From IMG/VR virus record IMGVR_UViG_3300028048_003161: a stretch of 64,000 bases of DNA. One strand, 5' to 3'. The DNA is from a virus. Lineage: Duplodnaviria > Caudoviricetes. Position 1 is the first letter of the stretch. Every line of letters starts with the position of its first letter. Below the pieces are notes generated by a model. The model did no database searches. It saw only the letters and a program-made list of their open reading frames with translations, and was not told where the DNA came from. The translations under genes and the position numbers were made by a program. Positions 9,536 through 20,311 of this stretch are shown here, piece by piece.

Positions 9536-10487
9536 ATTAGGACAATTAAAAAAGAAAGAGAATACAAAGGAAAAAGAAGCAAAGAACACAGCAAAAGAAA
9601 GGAAAGAGCCTTATGACATAGTTGATACAGCATTTGCAATGTCAATTGGGTTTATAGTGGTCATACTTTTAATGCTTGGTTTGGCATCTGTCTGGAAAGA
9701 TAGCATTGAAGAAAAATATGAAAAGCAATTTAATATAGCTGATGCACAATATACAAAACTAGACATTAAGTTCAATGACTTAATCACAAGCAAAGAAGTT
9801 TATAACAAGTTGAATAAGAGTTGTAAACAGTTTGTGAGTGAAGGAGATAATGAGGATACAGATAAGGTAAGTAATGGTTACACAAAGAGCAATGGAAAAT
9901 ACATTGATACAGAAAAGCAGACAAGTTCAGAAAAAGAAGAGACAAGCAAAGATGGCTTGGATGAAATGAATGAGACAGGTCCTATTTATCTGAATGACAT
10001 GCTAGTAATGAGATACATTAGTGATTCTGGAGAAATGAAAGTAGTTGCAGCTAAAATAAATGAGAGTACAGGAGAAATTAAGACAAGCGCACTTAATGAT
10101 TTAGAGACAGGGGAGGTCAATGATTGGAAAAGCAATAATAGAGATACAAAGATTACAGGTACAATTACAGAGGATGCATACTTACAAGATGTAATGACAA
10201 TATTTGTTAGCTTAGTAACACAGAAAGACATTGATTATACATTGAAAAGAGAAGCATTACAGTTCTTTACAGAGGATGGTTACAATAGTATGATTAAGAA
10301 TCCTAACAGATTGTTGGTAGATAAAAACAGTTTGGAGGTTAAAAACATTGTAGCAGGTAAATCATCATTGGAAAATAAGAATAAAGACAGGGTATTGTTA
10401 CAAATGGTAGTTGGTAAAGACAGTTATGTTAATGTGGTGATCAAGTTAAATAAAAACAATAAAATCTTTGACATTGATATAGTTTAG
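9528..10487 (+). CDS. bitopic membrane protein (possible TcpC/VirB8-like)
   Basis: single N-terminal TM helix and large soluble domain; overlaps stop of hydrolase gene. Confidence 0.5.
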   Translation: MNKLGQLKKKENTKEKEAKNTAKERKEPYDIVDTAFAMSIGFIVVILLMLGLASVWKDSIEEKYEKQFNIADAQYTKLDIKFNDLITSKEVYNKLNKSCKQFVSEGDNEDTDKVSNGYTKSNGKYIDTEKQTSSEKEETSKDGLDEMNETGPIYLNDMLVMRYISDSGEMKVVAAKINESTGEIKTSALNDLETGEVNDWKSNNRDTKITGTITEDAYLQDVMTIFVSLVTQKDIDYTLKREALQFFTEDGYNSMIKNPNRLLVDKNSLEVKNIVAGKSSLENKNKDRVLLQMVVGKDSYVNVVIKLNKNNKIFDIDIV

Positions 10488-10559
10488 TGATGGCATACGA
10501 ATGGGCATATAGTTCATTGAAAAGAAATTAAATTATTTATGAAATGAGGAAAATTAAAA

Positions 10560-12233
10560 GTGGCGATCATATGTAATAATGAGGTAGTGCCTGAAGAAAA
10601 GAATATATTACTTGACAAATGGAAGTTTCCTTCAGTGGATGGAGAGTGTGAACCTGAAAAACCTCCTATGTGCATGTTTTATAATACAGCAAGAGCATTA
10701 CAGTTATTATTTAAGCATATAAAAAATAATAACAAGATAGTTTTAGGAACAGACGTAGACGTTGATGGAATTGGAACAACTTATATATTAAAGAAAGCAC
10801 TCATATATTTAGGTTCTAACAACCATGTGATTTTGATAAATCAGGAGAAAACTCATGGTATACAGGAGAATCAGGTGAGGTTCTTTAATGAGAAATATAA
10901 GGTTGATTTGGTAATCATTACTGATTCAAGTAGTAACGAGTTGGAATTGATAAAAGCACTTAAATGTGATGTATTGGTCATTGACCATCATGATATATTG
11001 CATGAAGAGTATTTTGGTAAATGCAATGATGGAATACATAACTTTGTAATTGTTAACAACAATGTTGATAATTTTCAACAAAGTATTGATATTGAGTGGC
11101 TTAACAAGATTAAACCTGGAGCATTTGATAATATAAGAGAGTACAAAGCAGAACCTGATATGTCTTGTGGTTTGGTAGTATATGAACTTATGAGGGTTTG
11201 TTTTAGGGCAGTAGGTGATGAGCGTACCATTGAAAATTCTCTTTTGTATCAATGGGCTGGTGTGACATTGTTTACTGATGTAATCAATACCTTAAATGAC
11301 AGGAATCAGTATTATTTGAATAAGACAGTGTTTAGTAGAGAAACAGAAAGAGCACTTGGTTCAATACTTAGGGCAATGAATAAATTCAAAGCAACATTGG
11401 ATAAATCATTTATTACATACTCATTAGCACCAATAATAAATAAGGCAATACGTGCTGGAAAGGGTGCAGAAGCAGTTGATATTGTTTTGAATAATCCTGA
11501 TAACATATTGGAACTTAAAAAGTATGCTGAACTACAGGAGATTGCAATTAAGAAAGCAACAACAGTTGAGGTAATAGACAGTGATACTGGGTTAAGGACA
11601 TTAGCACCTAGAGTGTTTACAGGGAAAACAATAGTGATGGATGTAACAAAGATTGGTGTGCATCGTAACTATAATGGAGTAATTGCGGGGCGGTTGTCCG
11701 GAGATACACATAAAGATGCTGCTGTTTACTCTGTTCTTGAGAATGGGATTTGTTCAGGGTCATTCAGAGGAATTTACAAAGACGTGAATTACAGAAAATA
11801 CTTTGCAGATTTTTCAAGTGACATATATGCACAAGGTCATCCTCCTGCATTTGGTTTCAAATGTACAAAAGAGCAGTTGGACGAAATAATGAATACATTG
11901 TATACTATTGAGCCTACAGAGGATCCTAGACCTTGGATTACAGCTGGGAACATTAAACCTGAGGCAAGAGGTATATATCATATAGACAACATGGACGAGT
12001 TTAGGAGGGCAGGATATGTTTGGAGGATAGCAACAGGAAATTCAAAAGTACCATCACAAGATGAAATTAGTATTAGAGTGAGTGCACTTGATGTTACATT
12101 GAGAGAAACAAAAGGAAAATTGTTTATCTATGATGCACTTGGTTTTGAATGTAAAGCATTTAAACCATTGAGTGGCAGTTATTTTGACATTTACCTTGAA
12201 TACACAAATGAAATAACTGCATATATAAGGTAA
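10560..12233 (+). CDS. recJ: RecJ-like DHH-family exonuclease
   Basis: DVDVDG, ITD, IDHH, APIIN..R, GSFRG, GH..AFG motifs of DHH/DHHA1. Confidence 0.8.
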   Translation: MAIICNNEVVPEEKNILLDKWKFPSVDGECEPEKPPMCMFYNTARALQLLFKHIKNNNKIVLGTDVDVDGIGTTYILKKALIYLGSNNHVILINQEKTHGIQENQVRFFNEKYKVDLVIITDSSSNELELIKALKCDVLVIDHHDILHEEYFGKCNDGIHNFVIVNNNVDNFQQSIDIEWLNKIKPGAFDNIREYKAEPDMSCGLVVYELMRVCFRAVGDERTIENSLLYQWAGVTLFTDVINTLNDRNQYYLNKTVFSRETERALGSILRAMNKFKATLDKSFITYSLAPIINKAIRAGKGAEAVDIVLNNPDNILELKKYAELQEIAIKKATTVEVIDSDTGLRTLAPRVFTGKTIVMDVTKIGVHRNYNGVIAGRLSGDTHKDAAVYSVLENGICSGSFRGIYKDVNYRKYFADFSSDIYAQGHPPAFGFKCTKEQLDEIMNTLYTIEPTEDPRPWITAGNIKPEARGIYHIDNMDEFRRAGYVWRIATGNSKVPSQDEISIRVSALDVTLRETKGKLFIYDALGFECKAFKPLSGSYFDIYLEYTNEITAYIR

Positions 12234-12267
12234 AGAAAAGAAGTAGAAAGGAAGGAATTAAAAGGAC

Positions 12268-13113
12268 ATGAAGATTGGAAAGAAAGCACAAAATAAGGAG
12301 TTATCTACAAGACCTGAAAAGAATAACTCCAAGAAGAGTATGGCATTGATCATTGTCATTGCAATAACCGCAGTACTTATTTTATGGGTCTATACCATGG
12401 GTAGAAAAGCAGAAGAGACAGTGGATGTTGTAATGTTATCTGACAATGTTTATAAGAATCAGGTAATTACAGAGAGTGTACTTAAGAAATATCCGATGCT
12501 CAAGGGAGAATTTGAGAAATATGCAACTACTACAGATAGTGGTGAAAAGAAAAGACGTATTTTACTTTGGAGTGAAAAAGATATGATCATTAACTCATTC
12601 GCAGCATATCCATTAAAGTCAGATACAGTTGCAATGTATAATGATTTCATTACTTCTAAAGTAGATAACAGTGATTCAGTATTGTATTCATTCCCTGGTA
12701 AAAACATTGTTTCACTTGATGCAGGTCAGCAGGATTTGGAGTCATTCAAAGCATACCTTCAGCCTGGAGATAGAATCAATGTAACAGCTATTTACAAAAC
12801 AGACGAGGCTGTAAAAGAGGGGGACACAAGTACAACAGTAGAGACATATAAAGAGGAACCTGTGTTTGTAGGAATTATGTTAGCTGACCTATTAAATTCA
12901 CAGGGAGATTCAATTCTTGATCTGTATCAGCAGTATAATGACATGTCAACTTATGAACAGGCAAACTTAGATGCTTCTGAATCATGGATACAGAGCGTTA
13001 CACCTGCAAATATTATGGTAGCATTAACACCTGAAGAAGAGTCAGAGTATTACAAATACTTAAGCAAAGACAGCGTAACATTTAAGATTTCTCTGCCTCA
13101 GAGGTCTAACTAA
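12268..13113 (+). CDS. cpaB: Flp/Tad pilus assembly protein CpaB/RcpC-like
   Basis: N-terminal TM, SAF-like segment, LQPGDRINV and VALTPEE motifs; heads tad operon. Confidence 0.7.
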   Translation: MKIGKKAQNKELSTRPEKNNSKKSMALIIVIAITAVLILWVYTMGRKAEETVDVVMLSDNVYKNQVITESVLKKYPMLKGEFEKYATTTDSGEKKRRILLWSEKDMIINSFAAYPLKSDTVAMYNDFITSKVDNSDSVLYSFPGKNIVSLDAGQQDLESFKAYLQPGDRINVTAIYKTDEAVKEGDTSTTVETYKEEPVFVGIMLADLLNSQGDSILDLYQQYNDMSTYEQANLDASESWIQSVTPANIMVALTPEEESEYYKYLSKDSVTFKISLPQRSN

Positions 13114-13161
13114 TAACAGTTAAAGTTTGAGAAGTTTATGTTTAGAGTTTAGATAGGAGGC

Positions 13162-14085
13162 ATGGAAATGGCATTTGGTTTTTTCAAAGAAAAAGTTAGG
13201 CAGCTTGAAAAAATGGATCCTAACGACACTTCAGGAGTGAATTTAGCAAAGGAAACATCTGATAAAGCAGTTGAGATTATTAAAGAGCTGTCAGGTAGAG
13301 ATATAGACACAAAGGTAAAAGTAATAGACAACTTGATTGTGTTTACTAATGCAGCTGGTGGTGCTGGAGCATCTACAATAGCTACGAATGTAGCATATGA
13401 AGCTATTCAAAAGGGATTGAAAGTTGTGCTTTTAGACTTGAATTTACTTTGTCCTGTACAGCATACATATTTAGGAGTTGAGCAGCAAATGACAAAACCT
13501 GACTTGGTGGGATATTTACTTGGTCAGAACTCATTGAGTGATAGCATTGATACTTCTAATAAGATCAATTTGATTTTTGCAAACAACAGAACAATCAATG
13601 ATTTAATCAATTGTAATGATGCAATTGCAATTGAGAATTACAAAGACATGTTAACAAAGTTGAGGCAGTTTTATGATCTTGTAATTGTTGATTGTCCTAT
13701 GCGAATTGATGATATGCTCTGCAATACAACATTGTATTACGCAGATGCAATCTACATGGTTTGGGATGAGGGTGTTGGTTCTGTAATCAACACAGAGAAA
13801 TTAAGAAGGAACATGGCAGCAACTGGTATTGACAGTTTCACAAAAATGAGAGTCATTTTGAATAAGAGAACATCAATTCATTTTTCTGATTATCCATTGA
13901 CAAAAATGAATATTGAACTTATGGGAGTATTACCTTTCAGTGTTGATATCATTGATAACTCCTTAAGAGAGAGAATCTTCTGTGAAAAGGGTTCAAGTAG
14001 CAATGAGGAATCAAATGAGTTTGCACGTAAAATGATAGGTTTATCAAATAAGATACTTAGTATTGCAGGATATACAGGAAAGTAA
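13162..14085 (+). CDS. cpaE: CpaE/TadZ-like MinD/ParA-family protein with degenerate Walker A
   Basis: AAGGAGASTIA (no Lys), LLDL, YDLVIVDCP, VILNK; directly upstream of TadA. Confidence 0.75.
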   Translation: MEMAFGFFKEKVRQLEKMDPNDTSGVNLAKETSDKAVEIIKELSGRDIDTKVKVIDNLIVFTNAAGGAGASTIATNVAYEAIQKGLKVVLLDLNLLCPVQHTYLGVEQQMTKPDLVGYLLGQNSLSDSIDTSNKINLIFANNRTINDLINCNDAIAIENYKDMLTKLRQFYDLVIVDCPMRIDDMLCNTTLYYADAIYMVWDEGVGSVINTEKLRRNMAATGIDSFTKMRVILNKRTSIHFSDYPLTKMNIELMGVLPFSVDIIDNSLRERIFCEKGSSSNEESNEFARKMIGLSNKILSIAGYTGK

Positions 14086-14106
14086 ATTTAAGGAGGCATA
14101 GGGTTT

Positions 14107-15624
14107 ATGAACACTAAAGAGTTGCTTGAACTCCAGTCAAAAAGAGGAGCAAGACTTACAGCTATTAGTGATGGCTTTACAAAGACACTTGAAAGCGTTA
14201 CTAATGATTGTCGTAAGGCAATAGAGGAACAGTCAGACAAGTACAGAGACTTGGATGCAGTTAACAAGAAAGAAGCAATTAAGAAAATCATCATTGATTT
14301 TGTAATGAATACAAAACCTCTTGTTGAAGGGTACATTGATGGTGAAAATAAGCCTGATACAGTTAAGTTGGTAGATAAGTTAATTGAGGACATTACTAAC
14401 TATGGTATACTTACTCAGGCAATGATGGATGAGAAAGTATATGAGATTCGTTGTAATGGTAAAGAGCTCAAGGTAGAGATTGAAGGTCATGTACAAGACT
14501 TACTGGACAAGGAAGGAAACATCATTTCATTTGAATCACCTGAACAGCAGGAAGTAATTATTCGTAAGCTTTTGGGTGATGTGAGATTGACACCTAAGGA
14601 TTGCTTGGTCAACGCTAGAACAATTGAGGGATACAGAATCGCAGCTATTCACTCATCTGGTTTAAGTCCTGACCCTAATGATCCTACAGGCGAGCATTAT
14701 CATGCTTTTGTATTACGTAAGTTTCGTAAGAGTAAAATGAAACTTGGAGAGATAGTACTTAAGCACACAATGTCAGACAATATGGCAAGATTGTTAGCAT
14801 TATGTACTGCAGGTGGTTTAACATTCTTCACAGTTGGACCTACAGCTTCAGGTAAAACAACAACAAACAATGCTATTTTACAGTCAGTACCAGCAACAAC
14901 GAGAACAGTTCTTATTCAGAACCCTTCAGAGATTGATCTGCGTTTTAAGGACGACTCAGGTCGTGTTTATAATGATGTGCTTCATTTGGAGGCAACAGAG
15001 AAAGAGCATCCGACAGAAAAAGACCCGACAATGACAAACTGTATGGACATGACATTGAGATTGTCTCCTACATTTGTTTGTTTTGGTGAGGTTCGTACAA
15101 ATGGTGAGTTTAAGCAGTGTATGAAAATCATGCAGGCAGGTCACCCAATCAATACTACATTCCATGCAGAGAGTAGTGAGGGTGCAATTAAGCGTTTCCA
15201 GACAGCATATCTTGCAGAGTCAGGCAATGAGCCTTCACACTTAGCATTGAGTACAATTGTTGGTCTTGTAAATATCATAGTTGTACAGAAGATTATGAGA
15301 GATGGTACACGTAAAGTAATTCAAATATCAGAGGTTGTAGGGGTTGATCCTAACAATAATGAAAAAGCATTACTTAATGACCTTTACATATTTGATATCA
15401 ATGGTGAGCCTGAATATGATGAGGCAGGCAATGTTGTTAAAATTAGAGGTCAGCATAGGAGAGTTGGAAAGCTTTCAGAAAGAACAATTAGGAAATTCCA
15501 GCTTGAGGGTGTATCACAGAAAAGATATGACTTCCTGCTTAAGGATGTGAAAGAGGCAGAGAACGAGGTTGAGGTTTATACAGGTAATGACATTGATAGA
15601 TATGGAATGCCTAAAGTAGTATAA
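14107..15624 (+). CDS. tadA: CpaF/TadA pilus assembly ATPase
   Basis: YG.L...M.D..V.EI..NG, LRKF, Walker A GPTASGKTT, LR..P....GEVR, GH....TFHA. Confidence 0.92.
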   Translation: MNTKELLELQSKRGARLTAISDGFTKTLESVTNDCRKAIEEQSDKYRDLDAVNKKEAIKKIIIDFVMNTKPLVEGYIDGENKPDTVKLVDKLIEDITNYGILTQAMMDEKVYEIRCNGKELKVEIEGHVQDLLDKEGNIISFESPEQQEVIIRKLLGDVRLTPKDCLVNARTIEGYRIAAIHSSGLSPDPNDPTGEHYHAFVLRKFRKSKMKLGEIVLKHTMSDNMARLLALCTAGGLTFFTVGPTASGKTTTNNAILQSVPATTRTVLIQNPSEIDLRFKDDSGRVYNDVLHLEATEKEHPTEKDPTMTNCMDMTLRLSPTFVCFGEVRTNGEFKQCMKIMQAGHPINTTFHAESSEGAIKRFQTAYLAESGNEPSHLALSTIVGLVNIIVVQKIMRDGTRKVIQISEVVGVDPNNNEKALLNDLYIFDINGEPEYDEAGNVVKIRGQHRRVGKLSERTIRKFQLEGVSQKRYDFLLKDVKEAENEVEVYTGNDIDRYGMPKVV

Positions 15625-15667
15625 GAATAAGACAGATTAAAGTAAGTGATAGCAGGGAGGAAAGGAA

Positions 15668-16666
15668 ATGAGTTCATCATTATTTGCTAATATAGCAAGT
15701 GGAAACGGTGCAACGCCTATCACAATTATCTTCATCATCCTGTTAGCAATAATGTTGCTTGTGCAGATAACTAATCTGCCTATGATAGCATTGTTGCACA
15801 GAGGTTTAGGTTTACTGAAAACAGGGTTTGGTAAATTCATACATAAGAGAGAAGATAACTACCATAGAGATTTGGAGATAGGCAAGATAAATGAAAAGAG
15901 GACAAAGGTTAAATTGTATAAGTTCCTTAGCGAATTGATTATAGACCTTAACCTTTATTCCACAGGAATCTTACCATATGAGTTGTTGACAATGGTAGTT
16001 ATCATAGTCGCAGTGGTGGTTACAGTTATCTGCAAGATCTTGTTTGGATCAATCGCTATGACTTTTATAATGACACCTATCGCAATTATAGCAACATTCT
16101 GTGTAATGTATACTAAAGCAAATGTAGCTCATGATACTCGTATTGAATCAGTAATTGATGCAGAGAACATTATCTGTAATAACATTAAAATTGGTGTGGT
16201 TGCAGCTGTTAAAGATAGTATTAACGTTATACCTAAGAACATTAGACCTGCTTTTAGAGACTTCATTGACAATGTTGAGCAGAAAAACTATCATATCAAG
16301 ACAGCATTGTTAGAGTTGAATCAGCAGTTAGGAAGTGTAGCAGATGACTTCATAAAGAAATGTATTGTCTTTGAATTGGAGGAAGAGCATGGTATTGCAA
16401 ATATGTTTCAGGATGTTGTAGAGATCAACAACATCAATATGGAGTTTAGAACAGATATGAAACGTAGTTTCGAGGAAGTAAAAACACAGTTCATTACTGG
16501 TGTTAGTATGATACTCGTATTCCTGTTCGGTGTCATTGCTATTTATGATGTAGTCAGAAATTTCTATTTCAAGACAGCAATTGGAAATGCAATACTTGCA
16601 GCTGATGCTTTAATAATTGTTATTGAGTTTATGTACATTACATACTTAAGAGCAAAAGAGCTTTAA
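15668..16666 (+). CDS. tadB: TadB-like pilus platform membrane protein
   Basis: TM / TM pair / soluble T2SSF-like region / TM pair, immediately after tadA. Confidence 0.7.
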   Translation: MSSSLFANIASGNGATPITIIFIILLAIMLLVQITNLPMIALLHRGLGLLKTGFGKFIHKREDNYHRDLEIGKINEKRTKVKLYKFLSELIIDLNLYSTGILPYELLTMVVIIVAVVVTVICKILFGSIAMTFIMTPIAIIATFCVMYTKANVAHDTRIESVIDAENIICNNIKIGVVAAVKDSINVIPKNIRPAFRDFIDNVEQKNYHIKTALLELNQQLGSVADDFIKKCIVFELEEEHGIANMFQDVVEINNINMEFRTDMKRSFEEVKTQFITGVSMILVFLFGVIAIYDVVRNFYFKTAIGNAILAADALIIVIEFMYITYLRAKEL

Positions 16667-16674
16667 TAAAGGAG

Positions 16675-17733
16675 GTGAGAACATTGGATACAAAGAATGG
16701 TACAGCTGGTGGTGGGGAGATACTTCAGTATATTGGGAATAACAATGGTTCTTCATCACAAATGGATGAGGGAGTACTTAAACAATTTGCAATGTTACCT
16801 TGGGTGAGATTGATTGTTATTGCACTCATAATTGTGGCAGCATTTCTAATAATCATTAGGATGTTTAAGGTCAAGAATCCTCTAAGGGGTAAGGCTATCA
16901 CACATGAGTTAGATAACATGGACAAAATCAGAAAGCATGATGAGTCTATTGTTAGAGCAAACAGAATTATTTCAGCAATCACTAACCTTGTTGAGAGAAC
17001 ACCTTTTGCCTTGAGTAAGTCCTATATAGAGTATTGGAACTACAATTTATATAGGGCAAATGTAAGAATACCTGGCAAGGCAAGAGTAATGAAGGCAATA
17101 GAGTTTAATGCATTGGTTAAAGCTACTGAAGCTTTTGTTGTATTACTTGGACTCTTGGTATCAGTATTCTTCAATGGTCCTCTTGGTTTACTACTTATAA
17201 TTTCAGCAATAGTAATGTGCAATACATTTCCTATGATGATTGTAAGACAGACAGTAAAAGCAAAAGACATGGAAATTATTGAGAACTTTGCACAGTTCTA
17301 TTTGATGATACATTATGTATTATTAGCAAGTTCAGGTACTCCTATTAGTGGTACAATGAAGTCTTATGATAAGACAACTGATAGTGAGGAAATGCACAGG
17401 TTTGTTGACACATGTATTCATTATATTGATACATATGGTGAATATGAAGCTACAAACTATATTGCTAAACAATACAGAGAAATTCCTCAAGTTGGCAAGT
17501 TAATGAGATTGATCAGACAGGCTAACGAGGGTGGTGATGTAAGAGCAGAGCTTATTGGTTTTAGAAACGAGCTTCTTGAAGCAAAGAAGTACACACTTCA
17601 AAAACATAAAGAGAAGCTTGTAATGAGAGCACAACTCTCATTCAATATATTGTTGCCTATTTTGATTCAGGCAATCATAAGTGCAACTGCTATATATCTG
17701 CCAGATATTATGGGAGCAGCTAGTGTATTCTAG
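16675..17733 (+). CDS. tadC: TadC-like pilus platform membrane protein
   Basis: same topology, IRQA..GG...L motif and final TM, second platform gene. Confidence 0.7.
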   Translation: MRTLDTKNGTAGGGEILQYIGNNNGSSSQMDEGVLKQFAMLPWVRLIVIALIIVAAFLIIIRMFKVKNPLRGKAITHELDNMDKIRKHDESIVRANRIISAITNLVERTPFALSKSYIEYWNYNLYRANVRIPGKARVMKAIEFNALVKATEAFVVLLGLLVSVFFNGPLGLLLIISAIVMCNTFPMMIVRQTVKAKDMEIIENFAQFYLMIHYVLLASSGTPISGTMKSYDKTTDSEEMHRFVDTCIHYIDTYGEYEATNYIAKQYREIPQVGKLMRLIRQANEGGDVRAELIGFRNELLEAKKYTLQKHKEKLVMRAQLSFNILLPILIQAIISATAIYLPDIMGAASVF

Positions 17734-17802
17734 TAGACCAGAATATAGGCATGAGAATTATAGAAAAGAAAAATTATTTAATTAAAAGTGGAGGTAGAAG
17801 AG

Positions 17803-18075
17803 ATGAAAGTAAGTAAAATTTTCGTTGTCTTAATTACAGTCGTTGTTTGTGTTATTATTGGTGCCTTTGTTATCAATATCTTAATGCCAAACACAGTAAC
17901 ATCAGTGGTTGATACAGTTGAGAATCAGATTCAGCATGCAACTGGTATTTCGCTTGACCTGAATGGTAATGGTGTAGCAGGTGCATCTGGTAACAACATT
18001 GCTAAAATGAAGAGCAGTAACAAGGATAAGTCTAACTCAACTAGCAGTAGTAAGACAGTTGATGGTTTCCAGTAA
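17803..18075 (+). CDS. putative major pilin (Flp-position small protein)
   Basis: ~90 aa with N-terminal hydrophobic helix, strong GGAGG RBS, follows tadC, followed by strong hairpin; no G|xxxxE cleavage motif. Confidence 0.55.
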   Translation: MKVSKIFVVLITVVVCVIIGAFVINILMPNTVTSVVDTVENQIQHATGISLDLNGNGVAGASGNNIAKMKSSNKDKSNSTSSSKTVDGFQ

Positions 18076-18113
18076 ATCATTTAAGGAATGGTAACAATCG
18101 TAAAGTAAAATTA

Positions 18114-18146
18114 GGGGTACCTGGGACAATGGTCCCAGGTGCTTTT
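18114..18146 (+). terminator. GC-rich stem-loop after putative pilin gene
   Basis: ggggtacctgggac-aatg-gtcccaggtgctttt. Confidence 0.75.
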
Positions 18147-18163
18147 AGGTTTGGGAGGCAACA

Positions 18164-19036
18164 ATGGCAGAGAATGTTAAGTTTATATTTAAGTCACTGA
18201 TTAAAGTACCAATCTTTATACTTGTTGCATTCTTCATATTTAACATCTTTACTTTCTTTTTCATTTACTTCAAAATGTTGGGAATATCATATGTGGTTAT
18301 GCAAACAGCAGTAGAGAATAATTACTTGCCTCAACAGGAGTTAACAACACTCAATAAGTACATGAAAAATCTGAATAAGATTTCATATGTAGAGAATGCA
18401 CACGTAGTTGTAGATAATGATACATCAGGAGCAACATTATACAATGGTTCAGGAAATTACCTTGATGAAAATGGTAATGCAAAGGCTCTTAAGTCTGATG
18501 GACATAACTCAGTAACTCGTAGACAGTATGGAAATTATATTGTCACAGGTGTTTATTGTAAATACAGAATAATTTGGCCTCTGCAGTATGTCGAAACAAT
18601 GCATGACACTAATGCAGGTGTAGCTGGTACAAATAGTAATAATAACAATACAGTAGAAACAAGTAACACTACATTGGCAAATAGGAGAAGTGATTCAAAA
18701 CATGCAGTCTTGATACCAATTAAATTGGTTTATACAATACCTGGTTTGAAGTACTATCCTGATTTGGGTGTAGACTATACTAATAATGTATTTGACATAG
18801 ATGAGAATCCAGACATCAACGATGATGATATCAACAATGGCAATTGGGATGACATTGATGATGGATATGACGATGATGATGGAGACTATGTTGATAGGGA
18901 TACATCTGGGGACGAGAACTACAATGGAGATATATCAGATGGACTAGACGACAATTTGGATGGCGACGATGGCGACGACTTTGATAACGGTGATGACGGC
19001 GACTTTGGAGACCTTGACGACAGTGATTTTGAGTAA
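18164..19036 (+). CDS. TadE-like minor pilin with long Asp-rich tail
   Basis: N-terminal hydrophobic helix, position in tad operon, about 80 C-terminal residues dominated by D/G/N. Confidence 0.5.
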   Translation: MAENVKFIFKSLIKVPIFILVAFFIFNIFTFFFIYFKMLGISYVVMQTAVENNYLPQQELTTLNKYMKNLNKISYVENAHVVVDNDTSGATLYNGSGNYLDENGNAKALKSDGHNSVTRRQYGNYIVTGVYCKYRIIWPLQYVETMHDTNAGVAGTNSNNNNTVETSNTTLANRRSDSKHAVLIPIKLVYTIPGLKYYPDLGVDYTNNVFDIDENPDINDDDINNGNWDDIDDGYDDDDGDYVDRDTSGDENYNGDISDGLDDNLDGDDGDDFDNGDDGDFGDLDDSDFE

Positions 19037-19051
19037 TAAGGAGTAAAGAAT

Positions 19052-20299
19052 ATGACAGTAAAAACAATATTTAGGACTCTGATAGGTACAATAATCATTA
19101 TGGTTGTTGGGTCACTGCTTGTTGAGGTATTTAATATCTCTGTAATTTCTTTACAGATCACACAGTTATCAAAAGAGGCAGCCAAGCAAGCTTGTGAGTT
19201 ATTTTCACAGGAGTCATATAGACAGTTATCAAATGAAGACGAGACAGCTGTTTATGGTGGTATGTACAGTATGAATGATGTGAAAGCAGAAGATGGTCAT
19301 ACATACATATCTGGTAAATTTTATGGAGCACTCACAGATGATGCTGACAAGGATGCAAAAACTATATGGGCAAAGATTTATAAGAATAGTGACTTTGATA
19401 GTTTTTGCAGAGGTACCTTATCAACTAACAGTAGAGGAACAAAGTTTAGCATAGACTCAGGTATTCAGGCATTAACAAATTTACAGTTGCTCGATAGAGG
19501 AATATTTGGAGATACAACTCAATCAAGTACAGTAGATGAAGGTTGGGGTCATGATGATTATAGTGACGAGGCTCAGGTAGCTTCTGATAAAGCAAAAGCT
19601 AAGCAGTATGCAAATGAAATGTATACAGCAGTTAACTTGGGTGTGCCTTATATGGATGATGAGATACTCAATAAAATGTATCAGTGGAATTTAGCACAGT
19701 TACTTTCAAATTGTAATCCTGCTAACATTCATAAATCCGATGAGCCAACTGATCCTTCTAGCTATTACGTTGAGTTTAAGGGATTCAAGGTATTTTGTGA
19801 CAAGGCAAGAATAACAGAGTACAGATACAATGTGTTCAGCATTTTACCTAATACACCTTCAGAGTTGACAAATGCATTTAATGTTGGAGATTCACTTGAT
19901 TTGTATAATTTAACACATATTCAATATAATCCTAGCAGTGGTCAACTTGGTAATACAAATTTGAAAGAGCAGTTGGAAAAGAATGGAACTTCATTAGTTC
20001 AAGAGAGTGCTCCTTCATCATTTATAGGAGGTGCAGGTAGATTAAGTAATAGATATGACAATGCACTTGTAACTACAGTTAGTTTAAATTACAATGCACC
20101 TCTTACTTATGCAGGAATCACTCCAATTAAAAATATATTCAATTGGGTAAACAGCTATAGCGTTTCAGGTGTGGATAATGCAAGTAATTCACATTCAGGT
20201 GCAAAGTGGAATACCAGGGTTGCATATTTTGATGCTGATACAGCAGCAAGTGATGGATACTCTTCAACTGGAGAGTATGTATTTACTCTTATTAAGTAA
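19052..20299 (+). CDS. TadG-like minor pilin / tip protein
   Basis: N-terminal TM then LVE...Q..Q....AA..A pattern as in Tad N-terminal domains. Confidence 0.5.
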   Translation: MTVKTIFRTLIGTIIIMVVGSLLVEVFNISVISLQITQLSKEAAKQACELFSQESYRQLSNEDETAVYGGMYSMNDVKAEDGHTYISGKFYGALTDDADKDAKTIWAKIYKNSDFDSFCRGTLSTNSRGTKFSIDSGIQALTNLQLLDRGIFGDTTQSSTVDEGWGHDDYSDEAQVASDKAKAKQYANEMYTAVNLGVPYMDDEILNKMYQWNLAQLLSNCNPANIHKSDEPTDPSSYYVEFKGFKVFCDKARITEYRYNVFSILPNTPSELTNAFNVGDSLDLYNLTHIQYNPSSGQLGNTNLKEQLEKNGTSLVQESAPSSFIGGAGRLSNRYDNALVTTVSLNYNAPLTYAGITPIKNIFNWVNSYSVSGVDNASNSHSGAKWNTRVAYFDADTAASDGYSSTGEYVFTLIK

Positions 20300-20311
20300 A
20301 GGAGACAGTTT

